63,246 nucleotides of DNA, filler included, from Olpidium bornovanus S191 (GCA_017911155.1; 30 parts of 30 records of this genome joined end to end with filler, not necessarily neighbours in it), one strand, 5' to 3'; counted from the whole stretch's first letter, positions 11,537 through 24,332 are shown. Numbers and translations: made by a program. Notes: generated from the letters alone by a model not told the origin.

Positions 11537-12350
11537 GTCTGGTTTCCCCTTTTTCTCTCACTTTTCTCATCACCTTGCGGGTTGGCCCCGTTTGGGTACG
11601 CGTTGCGCTAATACTCCTAACTTGCACACTACGTGATCCATCCTTGCTAGCTAGCGCTGTTGTGTTTCCTCCTTTTGCTTCTTTTCTTTTAATTTCGCGG
11701 CATCCCCCTCTTCTGTAGGGAGGGAATGCCGTGAGGGGGGGGCTGTCGGGCGATTAATGCGCGCCCGGCGACTAATGCGCATGGCGCATTAACGAGAAAA
11801 CTCCCCTTCCGATACCACTACCCGATCTGATCAAAAAACCACAAAATATAAACAAAGCGTAGCGCGCTTCGAAGGCGCATCGGCGGTCTCCTGCGGGGAC
11901 NNNNNNNNNNNNNNNNNNNNNNNNNNNNNNNNNNNNNNNNNNNNTTAATTAATTAANNNNNNNNNNNNNNNNNNNNNNNNNNNNNNNNNNNNNNNNNNNN
12001 CCCCCGCCTCATCACCTGGGGGCTACGCCGTGTATAATTACCGCTGACGACACAAGCATACCCCCTGTCATGTTGGCAAAAGGCGACCGGCAGCGCCGTG
12101 CACGTGACCTCCCTGACCTTGCGCGCGACCCCTTATTCTTTCTCTTGCGCGATCAGCGTTGACCCGCCGTAAAACGGTGGCCCCCCCCGGCAGCAGTAGC
12201 AGCGGAGTCGCGTTTTGGCAAACAAAAAAAAAAAAAAAACCGAAGGCTGCGGTTAGTTGCGGGAGCCCTGCACGACGATGCAGAAGTCCCAGCGGCTTCC
12301 GCCGGCGGCGCCGCACTCTCACTCACTCTCGCTCTTACTCCCACTCTCAC

Positions 12351-12411
12351 AAGTGTTCAAGTGTCTAATCGTGGTTTCCACGATTAGACACTTGAACCTT
12401 CCCAGGGCCCC
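12351..12411. repeat. Dispersed palindromic hairpin element, copy 1 (MITE-like)
   Basis: Perfect 20-bp arms GTTCAAGTGTCTAATCGTGG (12355-12374) and CCACGATTAGACACTTGAAC (12378-12397) around a TTT loop. The same arms occur at 39581-39633. Confidence 0.85.
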
Positions 12412-13203
12412 TCTCTCTCTCTCTCTCTCTCGTGCGCCACAGCGCACGTTCTTTGCAGACGGTCGGTCCCCCCGTCGTAATGGCACCGCCTGTGAAGCCG
12501 TAACATGGGGGGGAGGGAGGGGGAAGGGAGAGGAGAAAGCCGACTTGCTTTTGCGCGCTCGCCGGCTATCCAAGGACTGTTGACTCGGCTGTGGATTTTG
12601 AGTATGATGAAAATGGTGTTTCCAATCCGCGAATTTGGAAATCGGCCGGCGAGACCGGACGCTCGGTTGCCGCGCGGCGCCAGCACGCGCGCTGCCACCG
12701 TTTAACCAGTCAAAATACTTGGAGAGGGAAGTTAAACCTTTCCGGGGAGGACTCTACACGGGCAGTTGTCGCGACATTTCGGTCGTTATCTCGAGTGTCA
12801 ACGGGGCGGCGGTCACGGCAATCAGTCGCGTTTCGCGAGAAATGCGGCGTAACGCGCTCGGGGTGGCTTTCAAAGTGGTCGTTTGTGAAAAACGGCCCGA
12901 AGAACGACGACTTATGACGTCGGCAGTTCAGGGGATCGACTCCACCTTTGCATGTTTTTTTTTTGTTTTTTTTTGGTTACGACGTTCGGCGCGCCGCTCT
13001 TCGGCGGAGGGCGCGCGTGAGGCGCGCAAGGGCCTTCCACTCGACACCCCCTCACCCCCACCCCCCCACAAACTCGAGATGGGAGAGTCTGCGGAAGTAA
13101 AAGAAATCCGTTCCAGTCCATTCTTCTTAAACTTTTTCCCTCCTCCCTCCGTCCTGCCTTTGTTTCACGCCCACGAGTTTTGAACTCCGCGAGCGCGCGA
13201 ACT

Positions 13204-13234
<31 letters not shown>

Positions 13235-13312
13235 GTTTTTTCCCCCCCCCCCCCCCCCCCCCCCCTTTTCCTTTTTTTTCCCCCCCCCGGTTTGTGACCC
13301 CGCGGGGGCCGC

Positions 13313-13354
<42 letters not shown>

Positions 13355-14732
13355 CGCCCCACGCACCGCCGCGCGACCTGATTCCTTTTTCTCTGACGGA
13401 CGTCGGCGACTTCCCCGGCGGCTGCCGAGCTCGGGCGGGGAAAGAAACGATCTCTCGCGGGCGGAAAAAAAAAGGAAAAAACAAAAAAAAAGAAATCCTC
13501 GGAACTGACGAAAGGGGTGGCCGCTACCCCCAGCGGCGCGCGCGAGTTGTTGCGCGCACTCGGTGCTGCCCGACCGGTGTGGTGCTCTCGCGTCGCGTCG
13601 CGCGCGCGGGGGAGGGCGGGCGGGGTTGGGAGGGAGTGTGTGAGTTGAAAATAAAGTGGCCCCCTGGCGGGGCGACGCTACGGGCGCTGCGAGCTCCGAC
13701 CCCACTTTCCCATGGCCGTAGAATCCTTTCCAGTCCAGCAGCCATATTAAAGGGGCCTGGCGGGGATGAGCTCGAATACACTTTGGCCGCTCAGGCTGCA
13801 TCCCAAGTACATTCGCGCGGCGGGCACTGCGNNNNNNNNNNNNNNNNNNNNNNNNNNNNNNNNNNNNNNNNNNNNTTAATTAATTAANNNNNNNNNNNNN
13901 NNNNNNNNNNNNNNNNNNNNNNNNNNNNNNNCATGCGTTCACCCCCATACGTTTTCACCCCTGAAACACCCTTGAAACTTATTCGTTTACCCGCGTTCTA
14001 CTCTGAAACGCCCTCTCAATAAAAGGCAGAATTCAGCACAGAGGAATAGAAGCTCATCAGAGCTCGTTCAGACTGCGAATTCAACAAGCAGATGGGGTGA
14101 TTGAGCTCTGCAGGTTTCTGCATAATTTCTGTTCTGTCAGTTGCTTACCAATCGATTGACGGGGGCGCCGTCCGCCAATCAGGTACTCTACCGTGTTTCT
14201 CTTGGGGATTAAAAATGTCTCTCGCGCTCGTGGAGAGGTTGGCGTGCGTCAAAGGAAGGAAGGGGATGCGCGCGGGGGGCAAGAAGGCGATGTTTTCCTC
14301 CTTGGAGGAGAAAGGGGAGAGGCGGGATGTGAGGCGAGGGAAGATAAATGCTGCCTTCCTTCTGTCGCGACGCGTTTTTCCCGGGAAGCCGCGCGGGCCT
14401 TCGTCAAAAGACGCATCTGTCCGCCGGCTGCTGGCAACGCGACGTGCCCCGCCAATTTCCCCAAAAGCAGGTCAAAGGATATTTCGGGCTTCAACAACCC
14501 CACGAATTCCCAGCGTTGCTTGCGGACGAACTTCGCTTGTTCCACAACCAAAGTCGATCGACCCAACCCAAAGGCTATTTGAGAACTGTGAGCCGCGACC
14601 GGGATCGCACGTAAAACTACCTGCTTCGGCAAACCCGTGGCCCTTCCGCCTGCCGTATCCAAATCAATCCGTCATAGTCGCGGGTCTCGTTACGTTATGA
14701 AAAAAAAATAGAACGGCTTGGCCGAGTAACAA

Positions 14733-15060
14733 CTAATTTCTCTCATCGTCGGTATTTCCTTTGCGAAGGCGCTGCAACCGTACAACCCGGGAATTTTGTT
14801 GGCCCGAGAAAGCAGCAGGTGGGCAGGCAGAAGCGAAAATTACCTTGTTCATGACAGCATTGGCAGTTCTGTCCGGCAGCAATTCCTGCAATTGTTCCCA
14901 TGTGGATGACCTCTTGTTCTTATCAAGATGCCTGAGAAGCCTCGAAATCTCAGCCTGCGCCCATCTTCTTTTTTGGTAAATGCTTCTGTATTCCCCGATG
15001 GCTGGAACACGAATTGGCACGGTGAACCCCATTTTCCGGAGTTTGTGGTACTTGACATGG
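14733..15060 (-). CDS. Myb/SANT-like domain protein fragment
   Basis: RRWAQAEISRLLRHLDKNKRSSTWEQLQELLPDRTANAVMNK shows the W..E..LL / W....LP.RT..AV.N spacing of Myb repeats. Confidence 0.45.
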
Positions 15061-15289
15061 ATTTCCGTATAATAATAACAGGATCCGCAGCAATGAATTA
15101 GACAGAATGCTGGGCAAACCTTTTCACAGCACCCCCCAGGAGCACGTCGAAGATATTGGCCAATGGAATATCAATCNNNNNNNNNNNNNNNNNNNNNNNN
15201 NNNNNNNNNNNNNNNNNNNNTTAATTAATTAANNNNNNNNNNNNNNNNNNNNNNNNNNNNNNNNNNNNNNNNNNNNCACCGCAAGAAAC

Positions 15290-15476
15290 GCGTGCGGTCG
15301 ATTCGGGTTCCCGGCGCCACGCAGGGCCGAGGCGTAAAAATGGGAGTTACGGGAAAAAATCGGAAGAGGGAAGGTGGAATGTATCTGTGGTCACGTGACT
15401 GATTTATCCTCCGTGACAGAAAGGCGTGCGGTCGATTCGGGTTCCCGGCGCCACGCAGGGCCGAGGCGTAAAAATG
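15290..15476. repeat. Exact 53-bp direct repeat, two copies with 134-bp period
   Basis: gcgtgcggtcgattcgggttcccggcgccacgcagggccgaggcgtaaaaatg at 15290-15342 and 15424-15476. Confidence 0.95.
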
Positions 15477-16741
15477 CGGTTCCCGCCGCCAAATTTCACG
15501 CTCACGGTTTTCGTTTACTCTCGGCCTGCTCGTGGATGAGATGATCCGGTAGGGCCAATTTTTCACAGCGGGGATCAATGATGCCAATCAGCAGGCGAAG
15601 GGGGGGGGGGGGTTGGAGGATTTCCGCGGAAAGCCTTTTATTCCTCCTTCTTCTTCTTTTTTTGTGAGGTCGGGAGGGCAACGCGGAGCATTTCAACTGG
15701 CGCTTTTGCTGTTGCGGACGGTTTCTGTAGTATTGAGCCTCCGTACTGCTTCCCCTCCAGTTTGATACACCTGGAAACGAAACATTCGGGGATCTTAAGG
15801 ATTACTCCCCGAACGTATCAAACACTTGATGCGAAAAGAAATAAAAAAGGAGTCCAGTTGTTTGCCCAGTCCCGGTGAAGAGCACCAAGAAAGTCTTCCA
15901 TGATTGTCTAGCGGTATGATTCCTTGTTCGGGTTGAGGAAGTCTCCGGTTTGATCCCGGATCAGGGCCTTTCCTTTTTGTCGATGCGGGTTCTTAAGTCG
16001 CCGAACAGGTTGCTGGTTTTGCCCCGGTGTAGTTCCCAAGGCTGGCTTTTTCCCCCCCTCAGCCTACCCTGTTCTGGAGGGGGGGTCTTACACAGGGAGA
16101 TTCGGCGCAACGCCCGCACCACCGGTCGATGAAACCGGTGCTTGGTGGATGCGCCGCAGCCCTCAGAGAAAAAACGCACCCCGAAGTTCAAGGAGCTTAA
16201 AGGTTCTCTGCTGTTTGCTGCTGTTGCTGCAGTTCGCGGATATTGAAAGGCCTTCCCCCTTCCGTCATCTCCCACCACGCAATGCGGTTGCGGGTGGGAA
16301 CGCGTGCGCGTGGAGTGGAAATAATTCACCAACACCCTCCAGGTTTCCTTGCTGCGGAAAGGGATGGCGTGGGGCTTAGAGCAACATTTACATCCAAGTG
16401 CCCCTCGCAATCTCCCTGTGCTGAGCTCAAAAGGGCGGTTTCAATGTGACAAATATTGCGTGGCACTAATCTCTGATAAGTCACCGCAACCAAAACAGGA
16501 TGCGATCACACGCGCCCAGGTCAAGGTGGTCTTCCACATAAAAGGCCCTAGTTGGAAAAACGACCCAGGCGGTGTACACGTGACACAGCGCAAATCAAAG
16601 GAAACCTCCAGGTCCGCATGAACCTGCATTGAACATCTCACTATGCTGGCGTGCAATCTCCACGGCACGGGTGATATTTGGCAATCACTGGGGATTGCGA
16701 CACTAAATCATGCAAAGTGCGTGCAAGGGTGTGCTTTATCG

Positions 16742-17367
16742 TCAGACCTTGAACCCGCGGCTGGCGCGGCGGCCACGTGCACGCTCAAATTTTCGTCCCT
16801 TGGAGCGGACGTAGGGCTTGGCGTGGCTGCCGGGGACGCCAGCGGCTCCAAAGTGCTTGAACGCCTCGCGGGCATTTTTGGGACCACGGAGGAGGACAGT
16901 GTTGGAGCCCGTGGGGGCCTTCAGAGCGAGTTGGTCAAGGGTCAGGCAAGTGCCGCCGGCCTTCACGATGCGCGCCCGCGCAGCCCCGGTGAAACGGAGC
17001 GCAGCGACGATGAGCTTGGGGACCTCGTTTAGGCGAACATCGTCTGTGACAGTGCCGACGAGGACTGCGGTTTTGCCAGTGGCATTTTTCATGTTGCGGG
17101 CGATGCGCGAGATGCTCATTGGCGGCCGGTTCACGCGGGACATGAACAGACGCTTCAGAACAACCTTGTTGAATTTGGCGTTTGTCCGGCGGGCAAGGAA
17201 GCGGTACAGCTGTGGCGAAACGACGGTCAGCAGCGCCCCACTACCCGGAAAACCTGCAATGGCCTATTCGATGCAACGGTATGCAGAAAAATCCTCTCAC
17301 CTTCACCAAAAGACGCAGGTAAACGTCCTGCGACTTGGGAGCCGTTCGGTTCCCCTTCCGAACATGG
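16742..17367 (-). CDS. RPL18: 60S ribosomal protein L18 (eL18), 5' truncated
   Basis: Exon 17367-17301 ([22 protein letters not shown]), intron 17300-17210, exon 17209-16742 (LYRFLARRT...[25 protein letters not shown]). Confidence 0.98.
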
Positions 17368-17729
17368 NNNNNNNNNNNNNNNNNNNNNNNNNNNNNNNNN
17401 NNNNNNNNNNNTTAATTAATTAANNNNNNNNNNNNNNNNNNNNNNNNNNNNNNNNNNNNNNNNNNNNCAGCTGCTTAGCGTTGCAGTCCTTTTTGTTGAT
17501 CAAGAAAAGAGCAATGATAAGAAATAACTACGCCGGTGTCATAGAATTATCAATTATAATACTAATTATTCCATTGTCGGCTACATGGTTTGCGGTGAAA
17601 TCATCGGCGCCGTAGCTGCCAGCTAACCGTTTTTTTCCGTTCATCTCTTTTTTTCCCTGTTTTTCTTTGTTTTTCTCCAATTTTTTCCGTATTCTTTACT
17701 TTTAGGGATTGAGTGTGCGTTTGAGTATA

Positions 17730-17780
17730 CGTGTGTGTGTGTGTGTGTGTGAGTGTGTGTGTGTGTGTGAGTGTGTGTGT
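17730..17780. repeat. (GT)n/(CA)n microsatellite
   Basis: Interrupted GT run. Confidence 0.9.
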
Positions 17781-19507
17781 GATAAGGGCCCTCCGCCCCA
17801 CACTCGTTGCCCGCCCGCCCTTTCCTCCCCCCCTCCCCGAAACCTCTCACCAACCGGCCTACCCTGCCCGCCCGCACCCGCGCCCGCTCCCTCTCCCGCA
17901 CACGTCAGTCTCCTGCCCGCTCGTGGAAAGCGTTGGGCTGCGGAAAAGAGAAGTTGGGCCCGCCGGTGGAAGTTTTTGTTGCAGAAAAGGCGGGCCCTGA
18001 AGGCGCGCCGGAAAGCGGAGGCGCTGCTGCTGCGCAGCCGGCCAGCCAGACACCACGCGCCTGCGGCCAGGAGTGTTTTCTGCGCTTCGTTTGCCGTTCA
18101 AAGTCGACCGGGACTGCCCGCGGACAGCGCCGCACCGCGGGGGCAAGTGTGGGCAGCGGCCGCGCGTGCTGGCCAGCGGCCGGCCCGTGCTGGACGGTGG
18201 GCGACGCGTGCTGGGCGACGCAGGGGAGAAAAAAGTGCGCGGCGCGAACGGAGCTCCGTTTATTCTTCTCGCCCGTCGCGGCGGTTTTCGGGTGAGAGAG
18301 GAAACGGGACGTGGGGAAGAGGAGTGAGGGACGGAAGCACCGGAGCTCTACGATACGAGCGGCACGCGCGGACAACGCGCTGGTGTGGGTGAGACGCCGG
18401 CGGACGTGGCTTCAGTGGCTTTCCGTGTTTCAGTATGCTCTCGTTTCTGATACTACTCTGCGCCGAGTCCGGCCCGTATAAACACAGAGGCCCAAGCTTA
18501 ACGTGCGAGACTGGCGATGACCCGCGCAGGTGCAAGCGGTTCGGCAGAGAAAGAAAAACGTCGTTCCGGGCCCGGAAAAGTTGCTGATAACCTCCGCCCT
18601 TTTTTGCAGCAAAGAATCCGCCCACCGCATCGTTAATCTCAAGTAGGATCAGGGGGGTTTTTCTGCCGCGACTTCCTCTATTTGGAGAATTCGTTTGTAA
18701 CCCAGCTTGCCGAAATTCCTTTTTCCAATTCGATCGCAATGGAAAGCACGGGCTCGGAGAAGTTCTGAAACGGTTCAAATTACAAACGGGGAAGTCCTTG
18801 AAAGTCGTCGTTGTGTGGGGTGTGTGAGTGTGTGTGCCTGTGTGAGGCAGGCAAATCTGGCTGGAAATCGCAAAGGTAATAGATATAAATTGCCGCAGTT
18901 GCTGCGGAGTTTTATATTATTCGCGCCGTGCAGCATGGTCTATTCAAAAAAACAAAGGTGGAGGACGGTGAACTGCGAAGGCTTTGCAGCATATCGCCTG
19001 ATCACTGGCGTAAATGTCTCATAAATGCAGAGGAACATCGGAATAGCACGCCATTTGTTGGATTTGTCCGACGAGCGCGCGTCGGCAAAGAACTTGTTTT
19101 TGACCCGTCGACTAGAGGTCGATCAAAGACCGATCACGGTTTTGGAAGCCGGTCGCCAACGAATCCCCCCCCTTTTCCCCCAGCTCGACGGAAAGAAAAA
19201 GAACACGTGCGCTGTCTCCCGAGATCCAAACGTGTGCGCGTTCGGGGTTCTAACGTTCCCGGGTCCCGCATCCCAAAAGCAGGGAAGAAGGAAATCGTTG
19301 TCAAAGTGGTGGGTAAAGGACGCGGGAGAAGACCCCAACGATCTGGGAGCCGACCGTATCGTAATCGGTCGCGGGCCACCAGGATCAAGGGTAATCAACT
19401 TCCGGGAGTCTCACACGTAACGATGAACAAAACAGTTTAAATAAACATATGATCGGTGGTTCCCGATTCTCAGGCGTCACGGTAACGTCATCGACGAAGA
19501 CCCACAG

Positions 19508-19797
19508 TCACCCGCGTTGGTCAACAAGGGAGACCGCGGTCCGCATCGCACAGGCGCTGACACGGCTGTCCGCAAAGTTGAGGCAGGTTTGCGAGTAGGT
19601 TTGAGCAAGGCCTCCGGCGATCCGGGAGTTTATCAGGTTCCCAGAACAGCCATCATCGATGAGAACCCGCACCGGTGTCTCGCCGAGCCTCCCTGGGAGT
19701 AGGAGTAAGTCTTCGGCATTCTTTGAGGGCTCGGGGGTCACCGCAGCGTTGGTAACGGTGATCTTTGGTCCAGGCGCGTCTGCCCCGGGGGGCATGC
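19508..19797 (-). mobile_element. Degenerate Ty3/gypsy retropepsin protease fragment
   Basis: LLLLPGRLGETPVRVLIDDGCSGNLIN matches the retroelement protease LID[ST]G motif. Stop shortly downstream. Confidence 0.65.
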
Positions 19798-20661
19798 NNN
19801 NNNNNNNNNNNNNNNNNNNNNNNNNNNNNNNNNNNNNNNNNTTAATTAATTAANNNNNNNNNNNNNNNNNNNNNNNNNNNNNNNNNNNNNNNNNNNNCAT
19901 GGGGCGCCGCCAAATCGGTAGATACGTTTACCATACTGACGTGGGGGCCCTGGCTCCAGGACAGTATTGACGTCGGCTGAGGGCCAACGATGACCAGTTT
20001 TTCAGCCACGACGTGGCCGCAATTGAGGACGGGGCGCAGGACCGATGTGCCGTCAGCTGGAAGGCTTTGGTGGCGGACGAACCGGGAACTCAGACAGTTA
20101 CGCAGGATGAGCCCGGGGTTGCCGGGCCTTCCCGGGAGATGCGGCTTTCGCGTAGGCATGATCTGCTGCAAGCACACAAGTCACAAGATCTTCCGGACAT
20201 TGCTTCCTTGGTTGTGCCAGGTGGAGGCGTCTCTGCCAGCTACTCCCTTGGTTGCTGGACATTGCTTTGTTTCTTCTTCTCTTTTTTCATTTTCTTCCTT
20301 TTTTGCTTTCTTTTTCGGTACCGTCTCGCAATCGTAGCACCTGTCGCCGGTGTTGAAACTGACAGTGGGCCGAAAGGAAAACCATGAGAACCTGCGGGCG
20401 GAGCCGTACAAGTGAGTGAGCTTGTGAGAAGAGCGAGAACAGAGGAAGAGTCCCCCTATTATTTTACCCCTTTAATTTCAATTGGGTGTCCCCCTTCCCC
20501 CCACTCCCGGCCATTTTGCGCGCCGCTTGCGCTCTCTCCCCTCCGGCGAGGAGGGGAAAAAAATTTTTTCTTTCTTTTTTGGCAACGCCTTTCGCCGGGT
20601 CAACCCCCCCCCCACCCCGCACGCCGCTCCGCCCGCCCGCTTTCTCTTCCCTCCGGCGAAT

Positions 20662-21244
20662 ATGCGCCCCCTCCTTCCGCTCGCCGCGGCCCTCCTCCTG
20701 CCCTGCGTGGCTGCCGCCGCCGCCCCCCAGACCGTCTTCTCGCCGTTCGCGTCACTCGCGGGCGGCGATGGCCCCCACGAGAGACCCCCAGCAAACATTA
20801 GCACCTGCGGGAGCGGTAAGGCGGTTTCGGCTTCAGGGGGAAGAAAGAAAAAGAAAATGAGAGAGGGCGCGCGCGCGCGCGAGAGAGAGTGTGTCGCGGG
20901 TTTCCGAGTTAAAGGGCGCCATGGTCCCGGACGCCGAGTCGTCCGTTGCGTCCCAGGCGTGGCTCTCGCGCGTGAGCCCGTGAGGCACGCGCGGAATGAG
21001 GCGGGTACAGCAGTCGGAGGAACGTCCTGACCCCCCCCCCCTTCCTCCCCTTCCTCCTCCTTCCCTCCTTTCCTTGCACGGTCTCCTCACCTCCGCCCCC
21101 ATTTTCTTCCTCTTCGTGGCAGTCTCCGACATCCTGAAAATCGAGGCCGTCGAGCTTTCCCCGGCCGCGCCCGAACGCGGACGGCAGTTGAGAATCATGG
21201 GGGCCGGCAGCATTTCCGAGCAGATCGACGGCGGTTCGATGCAG
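20662..21244 (+). CDS. NPC2: ML-domain lipid/sterol transfer protein (NPC2, PG/PI-TP type), 3' truncated
   Basis: Signal peptide MRPLLPLAAALLLPCVAAA. Exons 20662-20815 and 21123-21244 give STCGSVSDILKIEAVELSPAAPERGRQLRIMGAGSISEQI. Confidence 0.85.
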
Positions 21245-22238
21245 GTGGGTTTTTCCCCCAAGCCGACGCGAAGAACTCGGCGGGNNNNNNNNNNNNNNNN
21301 NNNNNNNNNNNNNNNNNNNNNNNNNNNNTTAATTAATTAANNNNNNNNNNNNNNNNNNNNNNNNNNNNNNNNNNNNNNNNNNNNAGCATGTCTCCTGCCC
21401 CCAGGGCTTGCCAACCACTCAACCCGCCTGGTCTCAAGGCCGGGGGATAGATTGTGGCGAACGAGCGGGCCACTCGTGGTCGTTTTCCAGATCTGGCAGA
21501 TTGTCTGACAGCGCCAGGGGTCCGGGAGATTCCGCCGTGGCCGACTTTCCGGCGTACGAGGATTTACGTGGACAGCCAGGGTCACCGCACCGGATCTGCG
21601 TTACCTTGAGGCCAGAAAGGACGCACCTTTGCGGACGGCCTACTTTCTTTCCCGCGGGCCCGTTCGTTCAGCGAGCCTGGTTTTGGCGGGACGAAGGGCT
21701 CGCCCGGTAACTTGCGGAGCGGGGACGCAAAGAAACGGCCGGAGCCGCCGAGACGGGAGGAACGTGAAGCCGGGGCGGTTGTTGTTATTAGTGTCAAATG
21801 CAGAACGGGCCCGAGAGGTTTGTTTTTCGAGAAAAAAAAAAAAAAAGGGAAAAGAAAAGGGCACGAAGAACGCCGACGGCCCCGAATCGCCCGAAAGGGG
21901 CTGCAGTGCGGGGGGGGGGAAGGTTAAGAGCGAAAAAAAAAAAAAAAAAAAATTGGCGCCTTCGAGGAAACAAATTCATCCCCACCCTCTCCCCACTACC
22001 CCCCTTCCCGGTCGCCCCCGGGTCCGGATAAAACAGAGACTTCCGGAAAGCATTTCGGCCGAAAAACGGCGGGCGGCCGGCAGCCATTCCCGCCGCAGCG
22101 GCCGTTCTGCGGCGCCTCGCCACCGCCCCGATCCGAACGCGGCTCGCGGCTTTCGGCCGTTCGGCGCCGCCGCCTGCGCTTCGCCGACCGCGCGCCGTCG
22201 GACTCGCCACCGCGGTCCCCGCTTCCGGCGCGACCGAC

Positions 22239-22349
22239 ATGGTCGTCAGGATCAAGACGGGCGAGCGCGTCTCCCGCCTGAGGGAGCTGATGCGCAGGCC
22301 GGAGTACGACATTCAGGCTTACGTCGTCCCCAGCGAAGATGCCCATCAG
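22239..22349 (+). CDS. XPNPEP1: Xaa-Pro aminopeptidase P, first exon only
   Basis: MVVRIKTGERVSRLRELMRRPEYDIQAYVVPSEDAHQ followed by a GTACGT donor, matching the RL..LR..M...YIVPSEDxHQ N-terminus. Confidence 0.88.
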
Positions 22350-22421
22350 GTACGTAAGCGCGGGCGGGTTCGCCGGTGGGATGTGGGGGAGGAGGGGAGG
22401 GGGGGGGGGGGGGGGGGGGGG

Positions 22422-22454
<33 letters not shown>

Positions 22455-23078
22455 NNNNNNNNNNNNNNNNNNNNNNNNNNNNNNNNNNNNNNNNNNNNTT
22501 AATTAATTAANNNNNNNNNNNNNNNNNNNNNNNNNNNNNNNNNNNNNNNNNNNNCTGTTCCGACGTCGTGATGGAACACTCGACGTCAAACCTTTGGAGG
22601 AACCTCGGGACGAAGACGACGCGGACCTTGGTGCAGAAAATAGTCTGAACAGTCAATTCTAAAACGTTTTGCATGCTTGAACTACGAATGCCCTGATTTC
22701 TCGTTTAGGATACGTAGGCAGTCTATGATCGTTGAATATTCATCGGGAGACGCGGGATAAAGAGACTGTTGCAACTCGAGACGCGACAGGTTGCTAGAGG
22801 GCGCACTTGGGACCGGACCGTGCTCGCTCGTCGACCACATCTGCTGTTAGTGCTACCTGCGGCGTTATGGATGGTTGGGTCGACGAGTAAAAGCGTGGCG
22901 CCCCGAGGCGCTGAATGTCGAGATAAAAACAATGCGAGAGGCTCGACCAAACTGGGACCGACAAATTCCAAAGCTTCATTTTGAAATTCCAACATAGCTG
23001 TGTTCTTTTCTCTGATTTTTTTTTTATTTTATTTTATTTTATTCTCCTTTTCTACGTCAAGCGACGAGAGCGAAAGGG

Positions 23079-23948
23079 TTACGGAGCAATCGGAGTATCA
23101 ACTGGCGCCGCAACGGACACCGATGTGTCGCCACTGGGTGGGGCCGAGGAAGATCCGCCAGGAAACGGGGCCGACGAGGAAGACCCGCTGGTAGACGACG
23201 AGGTGGCCAGGGATGACAAGGGATTGGTGGAGGTTGCGGGTGCGGAAGCCGATGACGTGAAACCCAACGACGAAAGAACGACGGGGCCAGTTGTCCGCGA
23301 CCGCGTGGAACGAAGCCCCCTGGGGGCGATGGCAGAAGCGATCCGGCGGGTTGTTGAGGAGGCGGAGGAGAAACCGGAAACTGGCGGAACGACAGCACTT
23401 CTGGTTGCAGACGCGGGGGCGTGACTGGCGCGTGTCTGTGACCGTGTGATGTGGTCCGTAGGAGGAGAGGCACTCTCGGTTCCGCCACCTCCCTCAGGAT
23501 TGTCGTCGTCGTCACGCAAAACGTCTCGCCAAACATCTGAGAAGAAAAAGTTTCGTGAACGGGTTTGACCTTGATCAACCCGGGACATGTCAATAGTCGG
23601 ATCCTCCCGTGCAACAGCGAGCCGGCGAAGGAAATTATAGGACTCGGCACTTTGGCGGAGATCGGGAAACCAGGAATTCCGAGCGCGAGGAGAGATGGCT
23701 GCCGGGGCATCGTCGGGGAGTTTGGCGTCTGGTTGTGGCGGGGAAACCGGGGGCATGAGAACGCGGACTTGAATATAACTGTCATCGGCGACAGGGGCGG
23801 GACGCGGATCATAGTCGCGATCCTCAGGGCCACCAGGACCACAGTATTGCGTGTCTGACAGCAGGAACAGGAATTCCAGGTCGCGGGGATCGGCGGGCAG
23901 CCAAAAGGTGGCTGGCCAATTCATGACCTGAATGAACGTTTCGATCAT
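23079..23948 (-). CDS. Hypothetical protein with Ser/Thr-rich C-terminal half
   Basis: Open frame of 289 codons preceded by a plausible TTGCAG acceptor. No family recognised. Confidence 0.45.
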   Translation of the reverse strand: MIETFIQVMNWPATFWLPADPRDLEFLFLLSDTQYCGPGGPEDRDYDPRPAPVADDSYIQVRVLMPPVSPPQPDAKLPDDAPAAISPRARNSWFPDLRQSAESYNFLRRLAVAREDPTIDMSRVDQGQTRSRNFFFSDVWRDVLRDDDDNPEGGGGTESASPPTDHITRSQTRASHAPASATRSAVVPPVSGFSSASSTTRRIASAIAPRGLRSTRSRTTGPVVLSSLGFTSSASAPATSTNPLSSLATSSSTSGSSSSAPFPGGSSSAPPSGDTSVSVAAPVDTPIAP

Positions 23949-24332
23949 GGAACGGCGAAGTCTGCAAGAGATCGAACGCGAGGTTATTTGCCAAAGTGGG
24001 GTTGCATTACGAAGGAAGGATGGGGACTAACTGGAGGAGGGCAACGCATGCTTCGGTGCTTCCGTCCCTGTGGACGGCGCAAAACCTCCACGCGTAATGG
24101 ATAAAGCAAATCATGCGTCCACGTAAAGTGCATTGACGTTCCGGTGTTGGCCGATCGGTGACGCACGCAGCCGCGGCAGCAAGCAAGCTGCGGGAATCAC
24201 GCAACCGGTGCGCCCAGAAGGCCGTGTAGATCNNNNNNNNNNNNNNNNNNNNNNNNNNNNNNNNNNNNNNNNNNNNTTAATTAATTAANNNNNNNNNNNN
24301 NNNNNNNNNNNNNNNNNNNNNNNNNNNNNNNN

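Noticed and set aside
16440-16480. C/D-box snoRNA downstream of RPL18
   Set aside because: Box C is non-canonical, it is on the strand opposite RPL18, and there is no terminal stem or evident rRNA guide.
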